NCBI GenBank assembly: GCA_964434115.1
Contig: CAYSSX010000002.1
Span: 137,680-201,679 of the forward strand
DNA length: 64,000 bases
Source of the DNA: an uncultured bacterium
Lineage (GTDB): Bacteria; Omnitrophota; Omnitrophia; Omnitrophales; Aquincolibacteriaceae
Reading direction: 5' to 3'
Positions 8,317-20,300 of the stretch are shown here, one piece after another. The position numbers and the translations under genes were made by a program. The notes under the pieces were generated by a model that was not told where the DNA came from, did no database searches, and was given only the letters and a program-made list of their open reading frames with translations. Positions within the stretch are counted from its first letter, which is position 1, and the number at the start of each line of letters is the position of its first letter.

Positions 8317-11300
8317 ATTTCGATCAACGGCGGAGCTATGACTTCATCGGCCGTGAATTTGGGAGCTGATTCATTCTCTTGGTTTGAGGGCCTTCAGGTT
8401 CCTGAATCGTTTGGGCGGATCGAGTCCCGGTATTGGCCCAAAGAAACCGCGGTCAAAGGTCCCGCGGTCATTCATATTCAGGACGCACATGCCAATCCCG
8501 AAGCGCAGAGGCATATTGCCGAACTTCTTGGCGATCTTGAAGCGCGGGGGATTGTTTCAAGAATTTCTGTCGAAGGCGCTGCCGGCCCGCTTCATCCGGA
8601 AATCTTAAAGGTTTCTTCCCGTTCCGACATCAATCTTAAAATGGCGGATTATCTTTTGGAGCTCGGGGAACTTAGCGGCGCTGAACTTTTTGCTTTGAAA
8701 CACCCCCAGGCCCCGGAAATCCTTGGCGCGGAAAATACAGACCTCTACCGCCAAAGTTATCAGACTTTCGAAAAAGTGAAACGCGCAGAAGTTTTGATCC
8801 GGCCTGTCCTTGACACTTATGCCAAGGAACTCGAGCGCCTGCAAATCGCGCTTTTCCCCAAAGAACTGCATGAGTATGTGATCCGTTCCAATGAATGGCA
8901 CAGAAGCCAAGAGAGATCTTTCCGGTATTTTGACTTACTTGCCCGCTATGGCAGGGAGTATCTGGGGCTGGATTTTCACGACGCCCGGCTTCAGTTTGAG
9001 TGGCCGATGTTTGTGCGTTTGATGGCCTTGCAGGACATGGAGTCCAAAATCGATTCCGAGAAATCGAGAAGTGAATCTCAAGAAATAGTAAAAGCCTTGA
9101 ATGCCTCTGGAAATAAAATTTCAACGCAAGACCGTGAAGCCTTTGATTTTTTGTCTAAAAAAATAAAAGTTCTGTTTGATAACCCGTCTGAAACGGCCGC
9201 ATTTGTTCCCGACAGCCGCTATTCTGAGATCGAATCAATCCGCAGTCTCATGGAGTTTTTGAAAAGGAAAAGCCAAGCTGCGAGACTTGAGTTGTCTTTG
9301 TACCCGGACTTCGTGAAAAGAAGCGGCGTATTGATTCTGAGAGAAGAAATCGATGCCCGCATGCTTTTTTCGGAAATGGAAAAAGTTGAACGCCAGCTGG
9401 AAGAGAAAATGTCAGTTTCTGATGCTGAGAAAAGCCTTTTAAAAACGGCCCGCGACTTCCGGCTTCTTGAAAAATTGCTTTCACTCACGCTGACCCGGGA
9501 AGAATATGAAACCTTTTCTTCCAGAGTCCAGGATTTTCAACCCGCAGCATTTCGTGAGCGCTTTCGTTTGCTTGACCGCGAATTGAAGCAGGAAAAAGAC
9601 TACCCGCTTCTTTCCAGTGAAACCGTTACTGCGGCCGCTGAATTTTACAAACTCTCCCGCAGCCGCGATGAGATTTTATTGGATCAAGCTCTTTCCGGCG
9701 CTTCCGGCCAGGCTGTGGTGCTTGTCACGGGGGGCTTCCATAGCCAGGGAATGACAGATCTTCTAAAAGAGAGAAAGATTCCGCATGTGGTTATTGCCCC
9801 TAAAATAACAACCGCAGGCGAGGATGGCCTCTACGACAAAGTCATGATGGGGGGGCATTCTTCTTCGGAGGCTCCGGCAAATCCAGCATTGGGAACGCTC
9901 GCCAAGATGATTCTCTCTCAGCTTCCGTCGGTTTACGGCGTTCTTCAGCCGGGCACGCGCCCGGAAGAACAGGCGGCCCTTATTTTCAGAGGACTTCGTG
10001 ACGCTGCACTTCCCGCGCTTCGTGAGCAAGGCGTCCCGGAGCAAGTTATTTATGATGAGCTGTCACGCTGGGTTTCTCAGACCGGCGTTTTTTCGGGAAC
10101 AGATTTTCAAGTTTCATTCGATAGCGCTGCCAGCCGTGTGTCTTTGTCAGGTGCCGCAAGCGTTGAGACTGCACTACGCTCAGAACTTCGCATGGCCCCT
10201 GAGCCGGACACGCTTGCTTGGATTGCTGCAAATCTTCCCGAAGATGCAAATCGTCAGAAGGTTGTGGAAGCGATTACGGCCCTTAATGACCGTAAAGAGA
10301 AAGATTATGCTGAGGCAAACGGTGCCTATACGGGAATGTCTTTGTCTGATTTTCTCTTACAAAACACCGCAGAGTCAATTCCTGACCTTGACGGCCTTAT
10401 CCGTGATGTTTCGCGGATTGAAGGGTTGGTTCAGGAGGTCTATTCGAGTTTTGGAATTGGCGGGCTCTCCCTTGCTCACCGCGCCGCTTTTATTCTTGGT
10501 GCCTTTAGCCAGGCAGAATTTCCTGTGATCCACGAAGCTCTTCAAACCGCCTATGGCGCGATACGCTTTGACGAACACCGTTACTCGGAAGACCTGTCGG
10601 CTGAGGAATATGCCCGCCTCGCAAGAAAATTCTCAGAAGCCGTGAGCCGTGAAACTGTGCAGGAAAACCTCCTGATACGCGCAGCCCTTACCGAATATGT
10701 TTTCAATATTCCGGCACAAGCCAGACGCGCCCTTGAAAAAGAAAATCTTGTGAATGAACTGATCCGTGAGCTTCAGGAGCCGGGCAAAGGCCGGGTTCCC
10801 AACCTTACGTTTCTTACCGACTTACATGGAAGTACCAAGGTAGGTTCCTTTATTGCTTTCGCGCTGGGTATCGATGACTACGCTGGAATTACAAGCCCTC
10901 AAGAGCTTGAGCGCCGCCTAGTCGCAGACTGGCAGAAAAAAAATCCGGGTGCTCCTGAAAAATCCCTAAACGAGATTCTCGAAGAGAGAAATGTTCTCAT
11001 CGTGGGCGGCTCGGATTATGTGGATCGAGGGCCCAAACCCTATTGGGGTTTTCAATTTAATAAGTGGCTCCGCGAACACGGACTTTTGAAGTTTATCAAC
11101 GGTAACCACGACCTTTGGAAGGACTGGAATGTGGTTGGTATGCATCTTCGCGTGCATGACACGCTCCGAGATATAGCAGCTTCTGGAAAATTTAATGAAG
11201 CAGATCTTGCGGCGAATATTGAACGTATTCAGCGGTTTGTTACAACTGCGGGATGGGATCCGGAAAAAGACCGGACTAAATTTGAAGATACCGAAGCGCA

Positions 11301-14300
11301 AGTTCGGGAAATTATGAAGACGTTTATGCTTGGCATGCAGCAGGGAGCTGTGACGGACGCTCTTATTGAAACGGTTGCAGATGCCATTATCGATTCAGGC
11401 AACAATGCCAATCATTCCCTGGAGTGGTGGGCGCGTGAATGGGGGATTCACGGGGGCTGGTTTGATACCTTTTTGGATCAAATTAATGAGGAGTTAATCA
11501 ACGAGGCCATTAATGCTGCAAATATTGTGATTTCGCAGGAGGCGAATGCTCCGCGAGTCATGGCGATGTTTAAAGATGAAAGTCTTTTGCCCGAAGAGAT
11601 CCGTCCTTATGTGGCAGCGTGGAGGGAAAAGCTGAAAGCCGGGAAGCCGATGTTTGACCGCGTTGAAGCCTCTCTTTTCTCAAAAGGCGAGGATGTGAAA
11701 ACCCTCAAGGCGGAAATTGAACGCATCAAGAAAGCTAATGCCGAGATCCGGAGTGCTAATGAAAAGCTTGCCGCTGAAAAGCGTTTTGGTGAAATGTCGC
11801 CTCAGCATAAAGTGCCAAGCGCTTTTGAGTTGACGGCCAAGGCTGCCCAGGCCGAGATGAGCCGCATTAAGAAAGCCCTTGAAACCCTCAATGACCTTCT
11901 GCCGGGCCTGAATCTTCCTGTGCCCGAATCTGAAGTTGTGACTCAGCAAAATTACAGGACGAATCCCTCTGTGGCTGAAACCGCGCTTTGGGATTGGAAA
12001 AATTTCAGGCTTTTGTATACGGATGTTTACGACAATGTTTACGTCCACGGAATTATTCCGGTGGATGTCGAGAAGCTTGATTTTAATGTGACGTATACAA
12101 ACCCTCAGGGAGAGGTTTTTAGGGGTATCGCGGCGATTGAACGCATACAGTATGAAGTGCGCAGTTTCTTTGAAAAGTACGACGCCCTGCCGGATACTCC
12201 GGAGTTCCGGGCCGAGCTTGACGCGAAGCTGGGAGCAGCCTTTCAGGTTTTGAACGAGTGGTACTCAGATGTGCTTGGGTTTCTCAAGCCTGAAAGTATC
12301 CAGGGATTTTTAAAGTCCGGAGGAGCTAAAAGTTACCCCTTTGGACAAGGCTCTGACTTGAGTCCTCGTCAATTCAAAGGGGCTCTCGGGGCCATGCACG
12401 TGGGGCATGTGGAGTCTGCGAAGCTTAGAAAGCAAAAAATGTCTTATTGGATCGGAGGGATGGAGGGCGGTCTTCTCCACGGAGACTTTGAAATGTCCGA
12501 GGGCTACTCAGGCCTGGGCGCGATCATTCAATGGTTCAGACGTGATGCGGCCGGCAAGCTTCTGGGCTTCTCGCGCTTCGGATATAAGGAGTCCGTATCT
12601 TTTTACAACAACCAGATCAAGGAAAAGGAAAAGAAACTCAAAGAAGCCGCTGCCGTTACGGCAAAGGCCAGGACGGACCAAAAAGCGGAACTTGAAATCC
12701 AAGGCCTTGAAGCTGCTGAATTGAAGCTTAGGCAAGACATCGAAGCTTTAAAAGTACAGCGTGAGGCTCTAGTGAGCCGCGGCGAGCAGATGGAAGACAT
12801 CACTTTTCATGACGACCTTTTGCCTGCCGATGCAGAAAAAATTCGTCCTTACAAGGCCGGTGGTGATTTGGCCCGCTATTACATTGACCGTTTTCTCAGG
12901 GAAAACATTGAATCTTATAGAAGTCTGAAGGAAGAGGCTTCCAAGGTTGGGAACAAGGAACGTGCAGCTTTCTATGAAAGACGCGAGCAGGACGTTCGGG
13001 AACGCCTTAAAAGCTTCCGGAAACAAGAGTCTGAGCGGATGCTTGATGTTCTGTCGGGATGGAATTCCGGAGCGCTTCAGGCGCTGGCGGCTGCCAGGGC
13101 GGCCGTGGGACGACAGGATTACGCCGCGGCAGCTGCAGCGCTAATGCCGCTCACGCAATCGCAGGATGCCGGTGAAGATTTTACGGCGGCTTTGAAACAG
13201 ACCGCGCAAGCTCTTGAGCTGTTCTCCCGCGCGGAGCTGCGTGGAGAAGACTTTGTTCCTCAGTCGGAACTTGTGCTTTCTGATATGGCAGGAAGCCCGG
13301 CACAGGTTCTCGGCCTTTTTGCAGCCGCTCAAATTGCCAGCCCAAAACAAGCTCGTTCTGAACTGCGCTCCTTCGATGATGATGAAGAAGTGGTGCTTTC
13401 CGCTGAACTCCAGAATTTGTTCCGAGATGGGCTCGGCATGGATCCAGCCACCTTCAGCCGGGAAGAAAATAAAAACATCCTGAAAAGTTCTGAGGTCTTC
13501 GAATTTCTGATTAACAATCCCTTATTCACAGGAGCCCGAAAAGATCAGCTCCGAAGCATTTTTCAGGGGAACTTAACCTCTTGGGAAAATCTGGCAGCAG
13601 CTCTTTTGGCTGCCCGTTTGGCTCAGCCAGGATTACCCGATCCCGGAGTCGAATACCGGGCCGATGCTGTTTTTACCCTGAAGATGATGGAACGCTTAGG
13701 CTGGGAGCTTTCTAGTGCAGCAGCGCTTCGTAAGCCGATCGAGGAAAGAGCGCGCAATCTGGTAAAAGTCTACGGAGCATTTACAGTTTCTGATTCAGAT
13801 TTTCTTGCCACCGCCGCGAAGGCGCTTTACCGGGTTGTCGGGAATTCCTTCCATGCCACTGAACTCATTTTTGACACAACGGCATTGACTGAGCAGGAAA
13901 GACATACGGTTGAACAGGTCCAGCCTTTCCTTGAATATATTCAAAACAACAATGGATTTTTTGGTGACCGCCTCGGAGATCTTTGGCAGATTTTTCACAA
14001 TCATCTTACCTCGCCCTCGGACATGGCAAAAGCATTTATCGAAAGCGTTGAGGTCTCGTTCAAAGCTCCGGCAACATCCGAGACCCCTTTGATACCCGAT
14101 GATGCGGTTCACGGGCACGCCTTGAAATTGATAAAGTCTCTTTTGACGCTTATTCCCCAAGACCAGTCTGAGATCCGCCTGCAAGCCCTTGAGAAAGCTC
14201 GCGCGATTTTAAGTTCGGACCATACTTACCATGTTGTTTTGTCAGCGATTGAGGTTTTTGATGCCATTGGAACGCCGGCATTACAGGATCTCGTTCTGTA

Positions 14301-17300
14301 TTCCGCGCCATCTATTCCCGCAGATTACCGAAAAAACGCAATCTGGGCCTTGGCTCGTCATCGGGATGCTGCTGTTCCGTATCTGGCCAAGCTGATTATG
14401 GAAGAGCCTGAAGCTCGCTCAAGAAATGCGCTGGCAGAACTTCTGCAGAGAGTGTCCCGGGAGAGTGAATATGCTCCTGAGCCTGTGATGCGGCGTGATG
14501 TCTTTGATTTTTTTATCGGAGACCGGAAAATTGCAGAACAGCTTTTTGCGCTTATGGGCGGCCAGCTTCCCTTTTACAGGCAATTTATTAATTCATCCTG
14601 GCTGATTCCGTTTGATACCAAAGACCGGTTGAATGTCTTGCGCGCCCGTGTGGCGTTACTGCAGAAATTTAAGGGACATTTCACAGCGTCCGATTTTTCA
14701 ACCCTGCTTGAAACATGGGGGTTTGACAGCGTTTCCTACTGGGCAGAGCGAGTCGATTTCACAGCCCAGCGCGAGCACTTTCAATTTCTAATCAATCTTC
14801 CAAGACTTGATAAATCCATTTCTCCTGTTTCGGAAGCCATTCAAATATCCCGCCGCGACCACACGCCGGAACATACTCGATCCATACTGCTTCTTCTTCT
14901 CGAAGGGGGAGTCCTTTCTGGCGGCGGAATCGGTGCCCTCATTGATTTGATTCGTGAAAATCCGAGGGACTCCGTGGAAATTATGGCGTTTCTGATTGTG
15001 GCGCTCAAACTTCAAGATTTTGACTTTGGAGAAGACGGGGTTGTGCAAAGGAGAATTTCCCAGCTTCTTCATTCAAACATTGGCCCCGTTTATTTTATGG
15101 CGAGGAAGCTGGCTAAAAGTATTCCGCATGCCACCAATACTTCAGCTGGACTGGAGGCCGGCATTCGCGCCCCCATCGCAGAGCTGGATGATTCTTTGGG
15201 CCATGGAAATATGCTTTTTTATTTTCTGCGCATGGAGTTTCACCGAGCGCCTTCGACCGGCGATCTGGAAGTTATGCGGCAGACACTGCGCTTGATGCTT
15301 GACCTTCATCACCCAGTTCCCGAAAAACGCATTAAGTCTTCTGATGTCGACCGGGTTATTAGAGTCAGAATGCAGGATCTTGTTAGAAACGTGTTGCATA
15401 CCCGGGTTTTTCCTGCTTTTAAAGCGCCTTTGGTTGAACAGGCGGCATGGTTTATTGGAAGAGAGGTTATGAATATGGGCGGGACGGAAAACGATAGTCC
15501 GGACTATCTCTTGGAACATCCGCCAACATGGGCCAACTTTACCGATGAGGAAAAGCAGTCAGAGGGCTACCGAGCCGCACAGCTTCTTATTAGGACCTTC
15601 ATTGGCTTAAGAGACCGGTATGTTTTGAACCCAAGGGCTATTGAATTTATGAATACGGGCGGTGCAGCGAAACTGGCTTCTGAGGGTGATGTTTTGGGCG
15701 CGCTGAGAGCTCTTCAGGATTGGCGCCAAGGAATGAAACAATCACTGCTGACCCCGTCGGAAATGGAAGACCAATGGGAAATGTATATAAAACGCCACAT
15801 TACTGTGAACGACTTTGGCTATGTAAGCAACAGCAGTTACGGAAATTATAGCGAAGCCAAGTTTAATGAATTTGAACGAGATCGCGTGCTGGAGCGTTTT
15901 GCGGAGAATCTGCACGATGAGTTTTTGGCGCGGTTGTTTCCGCAGTACCAGGAATCCATTAGCCAGGCGGCGCAGGCTCAAACACCTGCCGAAACTAAAC
16001 CGGAAACCGTACTTCCTGAAAGTATCCGCGAACCTCTAAAAAATATTTTGCTTGCACTGCGTGCCTTGGTCAACCAAATGGCGATGGATGGGATCGCAAA
16101 CGAGCGTCTCGTGACGCTTATGCGAGTCCTTGAAACAGAGTCTTTGGATGTCCGGCAGGCGGCGAATATTATCGCGCTTATGCAGGATGAGTCGATCCGA
16201 ATGTATGACTTTTTTAACTTTCATTTTTCAGATTATCCCAAACAGCTTGCTCTGACGCTTGGCAAGGAAAGGGTTTTTGCCAGGTACCGCAAAGACAATG
16301 ACGATGAATTGACAGACAAGCAGTGGGCAAGCCGGGCCCAGGAAACGCTTCTTGCGGATATGAATGCTGAAGAAAAAACCATTTCAACCTTAAAGAGATA
16401 TTTAGAAAGTCTTCAGGTCGTTTTTGGGAGTCTGAAAGCTCAGGAACGTCAGCTTCTCAATCCGATTCCCTTGATCGTGGGTGATCTTCCTGTTTACAGT
16501 TCCAGCTTTGATCCTGAAACTGTTTCTCCTGTGAAGGTAGGGTCCAAAGCCTATGAGCTTCTTACGCTCAAAGCTTCGGGCTATCCTGTTCCTGCACTCA
16601 GTGTGCTGCCCAGCGAACTTCCCCGGACAACCAAGCTTGCCGTGGCTAACCCAATGTTTCGTTTCAGCGTTCTCCGCTCCCTTCTTGAACTTGAAAAAGA
16701 AAGCGGAAGGGTATTTCCCTTTCCTTCAGAAGGTCTAACGGACGCTGAAAAAGAGCAGGTCAGGGTTTTTCGCCAGGGTTATGCTTTCAACCCCGACGCC
16801 CCGCCGCTTTCGATTTCTATCCGGAGCGGATCTTTTTATTCCATGCCGGGAATGATGGACACTGTTCTCAACATGCCTTTTAACGAGGCTATTCGCGATG
16901 AGTTGATCCGTCGCGGTGAGCCTGAGGTTTTCGTCCTCGACAATTACCGGAGATTTTTAAGCGCGTACGCGATAAGCAGGTACGGCATTGATTCACGGTT
17001 TTTTTCAGAAGCAATTGACGAACTGAAACAAAAAGCCGCCCAGCGGCTCGGAAGATCTGCTTCAGCGATTACGATTGCCCAGTTTAATGTAGAGGAACTG
17101 AAAGAGGTCATTCAGAAATTTGAAGAGATCATCAGTTCAAGGGTTTCTGGTTTCGAACTGGAAGATCCTTTCACTCAGGTTTTGAAAGTCACCATGGATG
17201 TTTATAAGTCCTGGAACAGCAATGGGGCCACTCGTTACCGTCAGACCTTTGGTATCTCGGAACGTTTTGGCACGGCGGTCATTTATGAACAAATGGTTTA

Positions 17301-20300
17301 TGGAAACCGCGGCTCAAATTCAGGAACGGCTGTTGTGATTTCTAGTGATCCGGCTATGGGTAAGCATTACATGAGCGGCGCCTGGAAATTCGGAGGACAG
17401 GGAACTGAACTTGTCAGCGGTATGACAGGAGACTATATCGCGCTGACTCATCACGAAGGACAAGGACAAAGTCTGGAAGCGATCAACCCTGCTCTTTTTT
17501 CTGAGGTCCGGCAAGTTGTCGAAAAGCTGGATCGCGACCGAGGCCCTCAAGATATCGAAATCACCGCAGAAGATGGGAAAGTTTATTTGCTTCAGACAAG
17601 ACCCATGGTTCTCTCCGGAAAAGCCCCCAAGATGGTGCTTGAACCAGAGCAGTCTGCGCGTGATGCAGCCATTCCTGCTGTTCAAGGTGTTCCGGTTTCT
17701 CCAAATGCCGCGGTGGGGCGTATGGTGAATGCTCGAAACCTCAGCATTCCTAAACTCAAAGGGATTATCACAGAACTCCGCCGGAAAATGGACGAGGCGG
17801 GTGAAGAAGACCTTGGGATCATTCTTGTATCCGATTACGTTAACGATGATACCGCTGCCGCAATTCTCGATGTTAATAGTGAGCTCGGCCACAGAGGCAT
17901 TACGGGGATCATTAATTCAAAAGTCGGCGTCAGCAGCCATGCTGGTCTTATTGCCCGCCGTTTGGGTATTGCCTATGTCAGTGACGTAGAAGGGCTTGAA
18001 TTTAATGACGTATCAGGCGTAACCCGTTTGGCTGACCAGGACCTTAAATTCGGCATGGCCGGACTGGTGCTCAGCATTGATGGGTATTCCACACTCCAAA
18101 GTGAACACAGCGGAAAGGTTTTCCTTGGTGAAGTCACGCATCGTTTTGCAAAAGGATCGCCGACGCTTGGAGATCGGGACGAAGAAATCATAACTCAGGA
18201 AGAAAAGCCCGCATTTTCCTACGACCCTGAAGAAAAACCCGTTTTGACAAAAGAACCCGTTCGCCTTGCGGTGAATTTGGGGGCCTTTCGAGTCGACAAG
18301 CAAGGACAATCGACGGGCGTGCTGGAATCCAATTTTGATTTATCCAGGGCTAAGATTACAAACACGGTGCCTAATCGCGTGTTCGATGCCTTTTTGCGCA
18401 GCCTTGTCGGCAACCCTAATTTTTCCCTTACGGATATTTATGGTGTTGAGGACGCGGAGAAGTTCTTTGCGTTTCTCCGGGGGAATATCGCTCACGGTGT
18501 TTTTGATATCAATCAGATGGATGTGCATAAGGAAACGGACTTCTGGGTTTTGACTCTGAATGGACACAACATCAGGATCCATGAAGCTCCTGCGGCACCT
18601 GGGATTTTGAATCAGAAGGTCGAGTATTTGATTGATTTTAGCGACCCCGACTTGACGCGTGAAACGAACGAGCAGCGTGAACAGCGCCTCAAAGCACTGC
18701 AGGGCGGTAACTTGAAAAGGGTTTTTGCCTTTTCCGGTGACGAGGATCCAGCGGCCAGAGTTCTCACGCCCGGGATCAATACCCAAGAATTTACGGATGC
18801 TCAGAATCTGTTTCTTCCCCTGGCTTCTCCTTTGACCCTTGCAGCAGCGCAGGTTCTTTCTGTTATTGAGAAGGCCTTTCCCGGAGAGTTTGATGTTTTC
18901 TCCAGTGTTTTGGCTACCCGCCCCTTAAGCGGAGAAGCCGGAAATATTGCTTTTATACGAGACAAACAGTTTGGGAGTGCTTTGAAAGGTTTGTTTCCGC
19001 AAATAGCGCCCGAAGTCCCGGGAAGTCCCGCAACCATGTTTGAATTTGATATTCCAAAAGGTGCCGGGAATGTCAGGCTTTTCCTCGTGCCTAAGCCCGG
19101 ATCAAAGTTTGAACAGGTTAAGAGCTTGGGTAAGGATGAGAAAGCCGCCATGATCAAGGTCCTTCAAAAGGAAATTAACAAGGCCGTTGAGACCGCAGCA
19201 AAAGGCAGCCTTGCACCCTTTCTCCGCTATGCCGGAGAAGAACATCTCAGCTCGCTGACGGCTCTTCGGGATACGCATGCCGTAGTTTTTGACAGCCAGG
19301 CGACGGCCGTTGTGGAAGGCGGCAAGGTGGAACTCTATTTTCACATGAATGACATCGGGTATGCAGCTGCGCTCAGCAAAACACTTGAGTCCTTTCTGGC
19401 TGTCGATGCAGAGCCGATAGAGGCATTGGCGAAACCTCTGTTTGCAAAACAGGCAGCGCAGGGGATTTGGAGGACCGGAACGATTGCGCCCAATCAGATT
19501 ATTCAAACGCCCCGTTTTGTTGCTGCTGGTGATGAAATCGGGTTTGGAATTATCGGAGTCCGCGGACGCATCGGTAAACAGGTCCATCAGCTTCTGGCGT
19601 CAAATCCAAATTATGTTCCGGAATTTTGGATCGGCGTTCAGGATATTGATACGTTGATTCAGCAGTTTAAAGAAGACGTTGGACAGGGGCCCGCCGATGT
19701 TGTCCGGGATGATGAAGTTTATGAACTCGAAAAAGGTAAGGATGAAAACAAAGACCACGTTCTTCTTAAAAACAAAAAAACCGGAGCTTATTTGCTGAAT
19801 CCCAAAACGAATAAACCTTTGGCGATTCCGTATTACAACATCACCATGAAAGCCCAGGGAGATCCTGAGGCCTTTGAACGGCATCTTCGGGAAACTCTGG
19901 GGGATGCCATTGACCGCATAGAAACCCTTTTTAATGCGGCTGGGTTCGGACTTGATCGCAATGATCCGTATTATGACGCCTTTTTGGGAGGCGCTAAGTT
20001 GAAGCGTATTGTTTTGACCGCTCCCGCGAAAGGAGAAGTGGATGTGACGGTTGTTCGAGGCGTGAATGAAAGTGCTTTAGCCAAAGCTGTTGAAAACACA
20101 GAGGGGCAAGTTCTTTTTTGTTCCGCAGCTTCGTGTACCACCAATGGGCTGGGACGTGCTCTTATTGAATTTGTTGGGATTCTTGAAAATGCAGGATTCC
20201 CCGCAGACAGCGTTCGCTTTATCACCCATCACGCCATGACGCCAAGTCAGGGCGCTCTTTTTGGGGCTGCGTCGGCAGGAAAATCTCAGCGCACGGCCAA

